From Alloascoidea hylecoeti (Eukaryota): DNA of 23,269 nt. Location: assembly GCA_001600815.1 (NCBI GenBank), contig BCKZ01000011.1:124001-147269 (forward strand), given 5' to 3'. Positions within the stretch are counted from its first letter, which is position 1. The number at the start of each line of letters is the position of its first letter. A model generated the notes under the pieces. It was not told the origin of the DNA, did not search any database, and was given only the letters and a program-made list of their open reading frames with translations. Both the position numbers and the translations under genes were made by a program. Positions 10,846-22,079 of the stretch are shown one piece after another.

Positions 10846-11575
10846 TTAACGCATGCTTAAAGTTGGGTCACCATCCAACAAAATGGAAGCATGCAAATAA
10901 AGGCAATTACAAAAAATCTAACAACTACCGACCAATAAGTTTGATCAATACCATGGGTAAACTGATGGAGAAAATATTCACAAATAGATTAACACAAATC
11001 ACCACCACAATACGGAGGGAGAAGCGGATATAATACCACCGACAACTTATTAGCCATGACACAAGCAATCTATAACAACAAAAAGAAGGGTTCCACACTG
11101 ATGGCAATCGACATCAAGGGAGCCTTTCAAAACCTCAACCTAAGCAACCTAATACCCCACCACAAGCCATAAAATGGGTAACATCTTTTATGACAAACAG
11201 AACATGCTCATTATTAGTGGACGGAAAAATAAGCCCTACCAGAAGAATCCTGTCAGCCCTTTATTGTTCCTTATCTCAACAAGCCCCATATATAAAATAA
11301 TACAACAACTTGGTGGAGATACCTATGGTTACATCGATGATATTAGTATATTGGTACATGGACCACCGAAAGACACCACCGAATTATGCTCAACCATTTT
11401 AGCTAAATGTTGCAAATGGGCAAAAACAAATCGCACAGAATTCGACTTAGGCGACAAGCTAGGACTATTACACTTCCCATCTAACACAAACGCAGAACCC
11501 TCTAAGCACAGAATGAGACTGAGCTGTGTTCTACCAATCATTAGTTATGCTAACGAACTCTGGTTTACCCATGCC
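10839..11575 (+). mobile_element. Decayed non-LTR retrotransposon (LINE) reverse transcriptase fragment, Tad/I-group-like
   Basis: Successive frames give LFNACLKLGHHPTKWKHA..NYRPISLINTMGKLMEKIFTNRL (from 10839), QYGGRSGYNTTDNLL..AIDIKGAFQNL (11005), KWVTSFMTNRTCSLLVDG (11160) and PVSPLLFLI..YIDDISI..KWAKTNRTEF..CVLPIISYANELW (11249; YIDD at 11330-11341). There are three frameshifts and several missing blocks. Confidence 0.9.
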
Positions 11576-11903
11576 ACAAATATATTTAATAAATATTGTT
11601 AATTGATGAAGAAACAACAATTATAACCTTCCGTAAAGCTGATCTGATCAAGCAAGGTATATATTTGTTGTAAGATATCCAAATATTAATACATTACAAT
11701 CATTCTAGAATGATTGAATGAAATGAATCATTACTAATATCAAATTTTAATCACATATGTTAACTAATCTGTTATATTTAAATGGAAACTATAAGAAATG
11801 TACAGTACCTTGACAAAAATTGGAAATAACAAAAATTTAAGATTGATAGTATAAAATTAAATTTAGGATATTTCATTATAATTATAGATGGGAAAAAATT
11901 TCA

Positions 11904-12826
11904 TTATTCATAATTTATAGTTGATTTATTCCTTGATTTTAATTTATCACTTCTCATTTTTTTCTCTTTTAATCTTCTTTCATTTGTTTTTATCTTACTA
12001 TGAATAATAATTAACTATATGTTAATAAATAATATTATGGTATAATAATAATTATAACTTACATTTTTTCCCATTTTTCTATATCTTCTTTAGCTATTTC
12101 TTTTTCAAAATATGTTGATTCTTTAATTGCATTAATTAATTTTTGAAAACATGATATTTTATTTTCAATTCTTGATCTTGATGTATCTGACTGAATTAAT
12201 AAAGTCCCTGATTTAGTTTCATATGGAAATTTCTTAAAAAATTATTAATATAAATATTTATTTGAGTTGATTATATTCATAGATGTAAAACAAGAATAGA
12301 TCTTTACGATTTTATCATTAACTTACTTTTTCACGTAATTGTGTATATGCACCACTAGGTATCCAATAACAATTATCCCATTTTTCTTTCGATAGTGATA
12401 TTGTTGCTTTTGAACTAGCTATATGAATTTAAGAGAATTGTAAATTAAAAATAATTAGTTTTAAACATAGACAAATTAAAAGATATTCATACCTAGATGT
12501 ATTTAAAGAAGTATGGTATATCATACGTAAAACTAGGTGATAATCCTATATAAACACTTACTTTTATTTACTTTTTGCCCACCGGGTCCTGAAGATCTAC
12601 TATAACTTATATCAAATTCATGTTCTGGTATCATTGAAATATTTAATTTTTCAACCCAAGATTTGGCTTTTCGTTTATCATCATCATTATTGGAATTAGA
12701 ATTAGATCCAATTGAACTATATAATCGATAACAATTTTGTAATCCTGAATTTAATGGTGAAATATTCGTTGATATCAGTAATGAGATATAAGACAATTTT
12801 AATGCTGATGCTTTGAATTCATTCAT
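11904..12826 (-). CDS. PTH4: Mitochondrial peptidyl-tRNA hydrolase / ribosome rescue factor, ICT1/Pth4/ArfB family. 4 exons: 12826-12562, 12418-12327, 12232-12063, 11997-11904 (206 aa).
   Basis: RSSGPGGQKVNK|TSSKAT GGQ motif across intron 1, LLIQSDTSRSRIENK in exon 3 and a basic tail NERRLKEKKMRSDKLKSR in exon 4. The three introns (143, 94, 65 nt) all start GTAAGT and end TAG/AAG/TAG with compatible phases (total 621 nt). The start codon is less certain. Confidence 0.9.
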
Positions 12827-13180
12827 GATGAAGTTTGATGCTTAAGCTTTTTGATGAATCAAATTCCAAAACATCCATACATCAAGTTAAACTCATACCC
12901 TTAAGGGTCTACAAGCTTAAGTGGTCGATATTAACGCAAAGTACTGTATGTAATCAAATATCCTAGAATGATAATATAACTCGGCTTCTCACAATAGCAA
13001 TATAAGTAGTTTGAGATTTACATTCATCATTAATAATGCTGATATCTCGTCATATTCAAAAGAGTTGTTCTTCCCTAATATATATATAATTATCATGGTT
13101 CTACTTAATTTCGGCCTTTCTGATTGATAATTATCGGGCTTCTTCATAACTATTTTTCGGCTGCAATATTTTGGAATCAC

Positions 13181-14070
13181 TGTATCAAACCTGGAAAGAA
13201 TTAGTAGAAGTGAGATTATTTCTCTGGGAGATTATGGTTTAAGAAATAAAAACAATGAAGATAGAGCCAAGGATTATTAGGCTTATTGCTTAGAATAATG
13301 CTATAATTATATTTATTATGTTAGAGTTAGCTTTTAATTATTAAAATCCAACGTAATAAACATAATAAAAAATTCAAACAAGTTCTATTTTTATTTAATA
13401 TATACTTTAATCGGTTCAGGTTAAAAATGATTCCATTTAACAATAGATAATTGATAGTTCAATAAGATTAGAAACTCGACACTAAAACTGTAAAAGTTAA
13501 GGGTCTGTTAAATAATAAATGGAAATATAATTTTTCATCATTACTTTTAGGAGTTCTCATATTCAATATGATTTTAAAAAATCTTTTCACACAGATATAT
13601 AACTGACAATCTTGGTATCAACTGGACATCTAATAGCATCCCAGACGTGGAAATTTATTATGATTTGTGATAACTAATTGTAAGGGCATTTTGTTGCTTT
13701 TATAGCAAACAAAAGTACATATATATCGGTAGTTTGATTTGGTGTAGCAGATTAGAACACATGCATAATTGGAGCACAGAAGCACTCATTTCTCCTCTTT
13801 ATTCTGAATGCCAACAGTAGATCTGGGATTGTTAATTTATATGTTGCTATACTGGTAATAAAGTAGTTGAATTATATGGGAGCAAAAAAAAAATAATTTC
13901 CTCCCAATTTAACTTACAATATTATGGCATGTAGATAGATCTTAATAATTTTACTGAATTTTCTTATTATTTCATACGATGATTGATGATTTTTTGCAAC
14001 TGTTCGCTTCTTGTGAACTGTTCTAAGAGTGGTATACTCTAGAAAAACATTCAAGATTATTGGAACTAAA
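13181..14070 (+). repeat. Degenerate dispersed repeat, copy 3 (boundaries approximate)
   Basis: Colinear with 16338-16850 and ~17500-17710: attagtaga(a/g)gtgagattat at 13200/16357, ttttatagcaaacaaa at 13708/16745. Confidence 0.8.
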
Positions 14071-14311
14071 TCAAAAAAGAAACTGGTTACCTTACAAAGA
14101 AGTCTCAATTGAAACATTTTAATGTTCAGAACAGTTTTACGAATAACTCTATATATAATTATATAACCTTATAATTAAATATAAAAAAATTCGACTATTA
14201 TCACGTAATATTAATAATAACTAGTTACTAATTAATAATTACTAATTAATTATAAAAATTCAACTTTCTCCTTCTTCTCCAGAATCCTTTTCTAAAATCA
14301 TATTATATATA

Positions 14312-15301
14312 ATGTTATTACCAACAACTCAAAAGGCAATTGTCATTCATAAAAATGGAGGTCCTGAAATTTTAAAATATGAAGATATTCCAGTTCCTAA
14401 AATCAAAGATTCAGAAATCCTTATTAAAAACAAATACTCTGGTATTAATTTTGTAGAATCATATTTTAGAACTGGATTATTTCCAAAACCATACATTTTA
14501 GGTTGTGAAGCATCTGGTGTCATTGTTGAAATTGGTTCACAAGTAACAAACTATAAAATAGGTGATAATGTTGCTTATTTATCAATATCTACTTCTGCCC
14601 AATATACTGCTGTTTCAGTCGAAAATGGAAAGATTTTAAAATTACCTAAAGGTATAGATGAGGAAGGATTTAAAATATATGGAAGTGTTTTAATTCAAAC
14701 ATTAACCGCTTTAACTTTGATCACTGAATCTTATAATGTTTTAAAAGATGATTATATTTTGGTCCATGCTGCTGCTGGTGGAGTCGGTTTAATATTAGAT
14801 CAATTAATTTCGTTACGTGGTGCTCATGTAATCGGAACAGTTTCAACACCAGAAAAGGCAAAATTGGCAAAGGAAAATGGAGCTGAATATATTATAAATT
14901 ATACAAATGAAGATACAGTTTCAAAAGTTTTAGAATTGACAAATGGAAACGGAGTAGCTGCTGTTTTCGATGGTGTTGGTAAAACAACATTTGATATTTC
15001 TTTAGAATCTGTTGCTAGGAAAGGAACAGTTATTAGTTTTGGTAATTCAAGTGGTGCTGTTGAACCATTTTCTCTTTTTAAATTAACTAAAAATATAAAA
15101 CTTTTAAAACCTGGAGTTTTTAGTTATATTGTTAATAAAGAAGAATGGAATCAATATTCTCAAGAATTAAATAAATTAATTGTTGAAAAGACATTAAAGT
15201 TTGATATCAAAGTTTTTGAATTGAAGGATTATAGAACTGCAACTGAATTGTTGGAAGGTAGGAAAACATCTGGTAAATTGACTCTTAAAATTCCTGAATA
15301 A
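14312..15301 (+). CDS. ZTA1: Zeta-crystallin-like NADPH:quinone reductase (MDR family), 329 aa
   Basis: IKNKYSGINFVESYFRTG, nucleotide-binding VHAAAGGVG, FDGVGKTTF, SFGNSSG and C-terminal EGRKTSGKL closely follow yeast Zta1. TATA-like TATAAAAA at 14251. Confidence 0.92.
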   Translation: MLLPTTQKAIVIHKNGGPEILKYEDIPVPKIKDSEILIKNKYSGINFVESYFRTGLFPKPYILGCEASGVIVEIGSQVTNYKIGDNVAYLSISTSAQYTAVSVENGKILKLPKGIDEEGFKIYGSVLIQTLTALTLITESYNVLKDDYILVHAAAGGVGLILDQLISLRGAHVIGTVSTPEKAKLAKENGAEYIINYTNEDTVSKVLELTNGNGVAAVFDGVGKTTFDISLESVARKGTVISFGNSSGAVEPFSLFKLTKNIKLLKPGVFSYIVNKEEWNQYSQELNKLIVEKTLKFDIKVFELKDYRTATELLEGRKTSGKLTLKIPE

Positions 15302-15354
15302 ATATGTATAACTTATTACTTATTAGATCTAGACAGGTGTAGTCTACATTTCGG

Positions 15355-18030
15355 ATTTCAATTTCTGGATTTCTAATATGTCCCATTGCAATATTAAGTT
15401 CATTCAATAAGTAACTAACATTAACCTAATGTTACCATAAGAAATGATAAGGTTATGGGGGGATTACGATAACAATTTTGCCGCTGCACTCATCATTCAT
15501 ATTAATTGTCTACAAAAAGGAGGGAGTCAACCCTATATTATTACGCAACTTCAATGATAAACTCCAGATGTAGCTGCAGGTCCTAAGGACAATATAGCTT
15601 TAGCTTTCAGTCACTTGGAAATGAAAAGATTTAGTGGGTGGGATTGCTTAAAAAAAGAAATAATGAGAATTGATAATGTGACCTATATATAACTTGTAGT
15701 ATAAGCTTATATATATTTGTAATAAATAATAATGATTTATATTTAGTAAAAAGTATAGTCTTATATTAAGAGTATAGTTAAACTTTTTATGACACGATCT
15801 GGAAGCGATCTGGAATTTCCATTGTAATCATATGTCTCTTAATTGAACGTAATGTAAGAAGTTATTTTGACAACTTTCATCATAATCTATTCAATAATAA
15901 TAGTAGTGATGATTTTATATTTCTATTGAATCATCTAGTGAAGATGATACAATTGAAATCTGAATCCATAGTTTACCATCAGGTCCAACTGCCACAGAAA
16001 TAAAAACAGAATCTTACCTCTATTGCATGGTGGTAAGGAATCACCGGTCCTTTATCCTAAGCTGGATGAAAATTGTTATAATTGGTTAAAATTTGGAAAT
16101 ATTGAACCTCAAAAGTATAAGTTTCTTTCTGGATCTAAACCGCACCAGTTAATAACCATTCAAATGATTTCATAATCAATACTAGAGGAGTATCTGGTCA
16201 GAATACAATGGTAAAGGAATTAGAAATCATAAACCAACCGTAATTTCAGATTTATCACAACCCCTCTCTTTATCACCTAATGAAAACTCTCAATATATTG
16301 CTCTTACTTCCTTGTTAAGCCATGAAGGACCAAAATTTGTATCAAACGAGGAAGCAATTAGTAGAGGTGAGATTATGTCTAGAAGATTTTTATTTAAAAA
16401 TTAAAGACAACGAATATTGACCGAAGGATCATCAGGTTTAATGTTTAGAAAGGTGCTATAACCAGAGATATTAGATTAGCTAGTTAAATGTGACAAATAT
16501 GATAACAGTTTCAAGGAAGTTCACTTTTTATTTATTAATTTTATACTTTAAATCGGTTCAAATTCAACTTAAAATGATTTCATTTAACCATATAAAAATG
16601 TATAAGATGGAAATCGAGCTTATCATCATTAATTGTAAGAATCCCTTTTTAAATGTTTGTAGGATACTTTTTCAATTTTTATCGAACCTCTCTATCGCTT
16701 TGGAAAATGTTTTTTGAATTCTAATTGTAAGGACTTTAGGTCAATTTTATAGCAAACAAAGGTAGTTTGATTTGCAGTTGTAAGGTTTATGTTTATTTGT
16801 TACTAGATTATACACTGTAAGATAGTCGGAACACAGAAATACTCATTTCCCCGCTCACTACTAGTTATGACTGTTATGCTAACTGAGGTTGATAAAAGTT
16901 GGAGTAACTAAGATTCCAACTTGACTGTATAAAATTTAAAAGTGGAAAGTTATATAAAACGTAATGAGAAAAGTATTCTGTTTAGATTTATATGTTGAGT
17001 AATAATAAATATTAATGAGCATCACTGAAAATGAACATGTTTTAGAAGAACCCAAACGTTTCCCCACGCCGAAACCAGTTCTTTAATATATTAATGATGT
17101 CAGAAGTAATACTATTGTTGATTATATGCAATAAATATATTAATATTTAATATTTAATTTCCAAGAGTTTAAGAACAACGTGTTTATACAATCTGAGGAC
17201 ATCAATTAACAATGAGCGAACAAGAATCAACATCTAATTCTATTCAACAACTATATTAATTGATTCAAATCAATCTTTATACTTCTTTATAAATTAATGT
17301 GATTTGTCTCTATTAAGCTTGATAGGTCTCCAGATTTGGCGACCATTCCAAATACTACTAGTGTAAAAGTGATAAAACTTACCTTATACAGATGTGTGCA
17401 TGTATGGCGATGCTGTGATATATCCTTATGGAGTGCATGCATATTACTAAAGATAAGTTTCACAAGAACAAGAGTTGTTCATTTTCATTGACAAACACTG
17501 TTACTATAAGAAAGTTAAGTATTATGGGGGGAAAAAACGAGATCATTTCAACTCAATTTAATTTACATTATGGATCATGATAGTTTTATATTTATTTGAT
17601 TTTTCATATATATAATACGAAGATTAATGATTCTTTGTAATTGATCTTTTCTTGGTTTATTGCATTATATATCTAAACACCAACATAATCAAATATTTGG
17701 TGAACTAAAAATGTAGTTTGAAAGGCTATACGGTCTCCAACTGGGCATACCAACTCCATGGAATATCGCACAAGATATTTTTCTCATAATCTAGTTGTAG
17801 AGAAATCTAACTTGTTCTATTTAAATATCTTGAACCACAACCACAACAAATGATATAGTCAATATCACAGTAATCTCATTAACACCGCCGATATTTTATC
17901 AATACTTGATCAAAAACGAAAAATTTTAAAAGGTCTTAATAGACACAGTTTATATACGATATTTATGATGGATTCCCTCAATAATGTAGCCCATCATAAA
18001 AATGATCATATACTTGAGATCAACCTATAT
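15355..18030 (+). repeat. Degenerate dispersed repeat, copy 4, the longest remnant. It includes disrupted coding-like sequence at ~15950-16400 and an unmatched block at ~16860-17490.
   Basis: Different parts align by eye with each of the other five copies in the same order and orientation; boundaries approximate. Confidence 0.6.
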
Positions 18031-19544
18031 TTATAGAACAATTATTCTTATTTAATAAAATATCTAAAAAGAATTATTCTTGTTAAATACGGAAGTGGCG
18101 AATGAGATAAATCTGTCCAAATTTTAAGATATCAATTACTTTGAATATAAGTAGATTTTTAACTTATTTTTATCCCACATACCTAGAACTAATATATATA
18201 ACATAAAACGTTGAATAAGGCCCGAAGATATCCGGAATTTATTGAATTAATCGAACTTTAGAAAAGACAATAATTTACATACCCGATGGACTGAAACATG
18301 GATTAGGGTAATATTATATTCCGCAATCACAATTGATCCAACCGTTCAACGATTCTGAAAACTATACCTGACATTTTTTTTGATTTCTTTTATTCCTTAC
18401 AATCTCTATGAGAAAACCTGCCACAGTCACTAGTTTATAAAACTCAATGGCACCTCCAAGGGCACATGATCATGATCAAAATATTCGGGTTATGGCAAAC
18501 CCGAATATATCATGACACGTTCCTGATTGATCTGCATATGTTATGTTCACTTACATAATCCAACATGAGTGTTTCCATTGTTCTAAGCTTCTATTATTTA
18601 ATAATTTACTCTGAAACATCGCATTATCTCTCGAGCTTTTAATAATATGATTACAATCCTAGTTGTCTCTACTTGGGCAGAGTACTACCTACTACCTAGC
18701 CTAGTATAATTACAATTTATCATGGGAGATTATTTAAAGATGTTTAAGCATGAATGTAATTGTGTAGTTACATCCATTTCACGAACTCAGATTGGAACAC
18801 CCCCAATATTTGGAACTTTGTACATGTATGTATCCGAAACACAAATCCAAAATTCCATCATGATTATAATAATAGTAATAATATATTGATAGATACTTAT
18901 TAACGATTACACAATTAATTACTATTTAAATGATCTACTGAGAATCATTACAAATATAAACTTAAAATTTACAATTGGAAGTTTGAAACATATTTTAATT
19001 TTTAATTAGAAATGGGAAACACTTTAATTTTCTCACTAAGGCCTAGCTAGGTGTAAAACGACGTACTTTACCTTGTAAAATCTATGGGTTGTATTTTAAA
19101 TATAGTTAGATCATTGTTTAAATTTTGTTTTATTCAGTTTTGTTCTGTTCAAATGATAATGAGTAGAATTCTTGAAAGAAACTTATAATATAATATAACC
19201 CTATAACTAGCTTACGTGCATAAACAAGATTAGAATCATTTTTTAATAATAAAGTTATTCAATTCATTGTTTGAAAATTGAAATATTAATCAATTGATTG
19301 TAATTCAAAGTAAGGGGAAATCCACAATAATTGTTAATGTAAATTCTTCTATAATTATCACATCATCATCAATTGAAATATTGAAAGGAAATGACAATGA
19401 AATTAATAATGTGAATACGTATGATTATATCCATATTAATTAGAGATTAGAGATATGTTTCTAGAGGACTATAAATGACCTCAATTCCCGGTATTAATGA
19501 TTTCTCAATAACTGTTTATAATTATACAAAATTATACAAAAAAT

Positions 19545-20024
19545 ATGGGTGAATCGGAATCTTTCTACGGTAATAATCAAAAAGACCATAACAAAAACCA
19601 AGGTCAATTGCAAGAATCAGAAAACAATGAAGGTGACAATGTAGAACGCGGTGTTGGAGGAGCCCTCATTGGTGGTCTTGCCGGTGGTGTAATTGGCAAA
19701 CTTACAGGTTATACCAAATCCGGTGCTGCTGTTGGTGCTGGAATTGGTCTTTTTGATCAACAAATTAAAAATAAACTCACCGGTGGTAGTGACAGTGATA
19801 ATGACAGACGTAATAAACATCAAGATAGTAGTGATAGTGATGATGACAGACGTGATAAACACCATGGAGATGGAAAACATAATAAACATCATGGAGATGA
19901 GAAACATAACAAACATCATGGAGATGACAAACATAATAAACATCACGGAGGTCGTAGTGATGATGACAGACGCAATGAGTATCAAGGTGGATATCAAGGA
20001 GAAAGTCAAGGTGGACGTTGGTAA
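19545..20024 (+). CDS. Small glycine-zipper protein with a His/Asp/Lys-rich repeat tail (hydrophilin-like), 159 aa
   Basis: ERGVGGALIGGLAGGVIG..GAAVGAGIG GxxxG zipper, aaatATGg start, TATAAA at 19470, codon usage like neighbouring genes, paralogous to 20754-21185. Confidence 0.85.
   Translation: MGESESFYGNNQKDHNKNQGQLQESENNEGDNVERGVGGALIGGLAGGVIGKLTGYTKSGAAVGAGIGLFDQQIKNKLTGGSDSDNDRRNKHQDSSDSDDDRRDKHHGDGKHNKHHGDEKHNKHHGDDKHNKHHGGRSDDDRRNEYQGGYQGESQGGRW
19857..19950 (+). repeat. 27-bp coding minisatellite x3.5 encoding KHHGD(G/E/D)KHN
   Basis: Units start at 19857, 19884, 19911 and 19938 (partial). Confidence 0.95.
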
Positions 20025-20753
20025 TTATTATAACAATTATGTGATTACGATTAGAATGGAGTAATAAAAATACAATTGAAATTGCGAGTAATCTGATCAA
20101 TTTTTAGCTACATAAATGATTACCGGAATTAAATGATATTGAAAAGTTGCGACTTCGTTGAAGTGTAGGCCTAGGAGGTTTTTATTAACCACTTTGACCA
20201 TTTGGGAACTGAGGCCCTGTGCATGTGCATGGAATGCAGAGCTGCAGATTACGTATTTCAATCTGCGTCCGCCTAGCTGTAAAATGTCACTGACGGAACT
20301 CTGGAAGTCATTCTACGCCCTACTTGGAAAGATGGGATCTGTTGTGTCCAATTTCAACAAGCAACGACTTCAATAGATGACACCTGCCAGGTCGCACATG
20401 CATGTAATATAACTGTACATATGCAGTCGTACGATCCGGATGTTGGAGAAGTTCCGTTGCAATGTTCGACTATATACGTAATTTATATAACCCCAGATTT
20501 TGGTTTTAATTGCGATCTCAACTTCTACTTTCATTTTCGGTCTCGAGTCCGATTTCGAATTTATCCGGCCAGTGGTTTCCAATTGTAAACTCTAATCAAT
20601 CTTCAGCCATGAATAAAATACCCAATGGTTTATTATAAATACCACTCTTCATCCCCTTTTTCTCTTCATTCAATTTCAACTTTCAATTGCAATTGATCTT
20701 ATACACTTTTCACTCTCCTATAAAAACTTATAAAACACAACTCCAGTTCCAAA

Positions 20754-21185
20754 ATGGGTAACTACGGCCGTGATGACGATAATTATGAAAAACAAGATCT
20801 TTCTGAAGAAAGAGGAGCCGGTGGTGCTTTATTAGGTGCTGCTGCTGGTGGTGGTCTTGGTGCCGCTGTTGGTAATTTCATTGGTGAAAAAACTGGTTAT
20901 AAGCAAGAAGGTTTAGCAGCTGGTGGTGTTCTCGGTGCCGCTGTTGGTGGTGCTGTTGGTTACTTTGATGATGATATCAAAGAAGGTGTTAAGCACGGTG
21001 TCAATGAGATCAAACATCATGGTGATGATGACAATGAAGGTGATAGTGGTTTCGGCGGTGGCCGTGGTAATGATGATGACAAAAGAGGTGGTCAAGGTGG
21101 TGATGATGACCGAAGAGGTGGTCAAGGTGATAATGACAGAAGAAGTGGTTTTGATGGTGACAACGATAGAAGAGATGGATACTAG
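20754..21185 (+). CDS. Small glycine-zipper protein with a Gly/Asp/Arg repeat tail (hydrophilin-like), 143 aa
   Basis: ERGAGGALLGAAAGGGLGAAVG..TGY..GGVLGAAVGGAVGYFDDDIK, tail repeats DDDxRGGQG, aaaATGg start, TATAAA at 20634, strongly biased GGT/GCT codons. Confidence 0.88.
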   Translation: MGNYGRDDDNYEKQDLSEERGAGGALLGAAAGGGLGAAVGNFIGEKTGYKQEGLAAGGVLGAAVGGAVGYFDDDIKEGVKHGVNEIKHHGDDDNEGDSGFGGGRGNDDDKRGGQGGDDDRRGGQGDNDRRSGFDGDNDRRDGY

Positions 21186-21539
21186 TTCATGACCATAGGG
21201 ATTGTCTCTTTTAATTGAGTATAAAAGTTATTATATGTAACTGAGTTTAAGTGAAATGATTCTTTTTAAATTAATTGTAGTTGCAATTGATGTATGATTA
21301 ATCTTGATAATTATAATAGAGGCAATGTGTCCTTTTTGACACTTAACAGATGTGTCTATTTCATGAATTATTCGTGTATTGCGTATCAATTGATCTACTT
21401 CAATCGAGTATTCAATTGTGTATTCAATTGTGTATTTTAATTGTATATTTTAAATTGAAGTTGAGTATCTACTTTAAACTAAAATCATTTGACATATCAA
21501 TTAGTACGAATATAATTTCTGATTATATTTATAATCATA

Positions 21540-21980
21540 TATATAGATAACTGGTAGTTCAATCAATGAAAACTAAACCCCAAAACTAAAAGGCGTTAGC
21601 TATGCTATATTTATAAAAGCAACTTTCAATTGATTTGAAGATCTAGATAAAAGTTGATGAATTAGAATACATAATTATAATTGGAACCCAGAAACACTCC
21701 CTACAGCAAGTAATGTTGACTGACAGTCTAGGATTGCTGTCTATCTCTTTTTACATATTATTTGCATAGCTATAGAAAAGAAAAACTTTTTTCTTCAATC
21801 TATCAATAAATTAATTATATTCTTAAATTTTACATGGATAGTATACTAAGTATATTAGTAAAACCGATTCTCAAAGATTTGTAATATATTTATATTTAAT
21901 TCAAGAAGTTGTGCAGCAACTAATATCCTGAGTTTATATATGTAAGTCACCAAAAACAGATTTCAGAGCAAAAGATGAAC
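21540..21980 (+). repeat. Degenerate dispersed repeat, copy 5 (boundaries approximate)
   Basis: atagataa(c/t)tg(g/a)tagttcaat at 21543/13443; ataattggaacccagaaacactc similar to ataattggagcacagaagcactc (~13765). Confidence 0.65.
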
Positions 21981-22079
21981 AAAAAAGTTCATCTCTTTAC
22001 GAAATAATTTACCATCAGCTATCACTAAGACTGTATGAGTATAGGCTGTGGACAATATTCTATCTACAACATTAAAATT

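Noticed and set aside
10925..11541. Minus-strand ORFs 10925-11107 and 11329-11541
   Set aside because: Antisense to the RT relic
12533..12826. 97-aa stand-alone protein
   Set aside because: It is exon 1 of the Pth4-like gene reading into intron 1
16180..16260. Gcr1_C/Crypton-like reading of SIWSEYNGKG..KPTV
   Set aside because: The resemblance rests on a few residues, with stops just upstream and no downstream conserved motif
20158..20582. ORFs 20158-20376 and 20370-20582
   Set aside because: Non-ATG starts, no recognisable motifs, and expected by chance in a GC-richer patch
19617..21192. Overlapping alternative-frame and antisense ORFs (19617-20009, 19693-20064, 19777-20100, 20913-21125, 20923-21192)
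   Set aside because: Shadows of the GAT/GGT/CAT-rich repetitive codons of the two real genes
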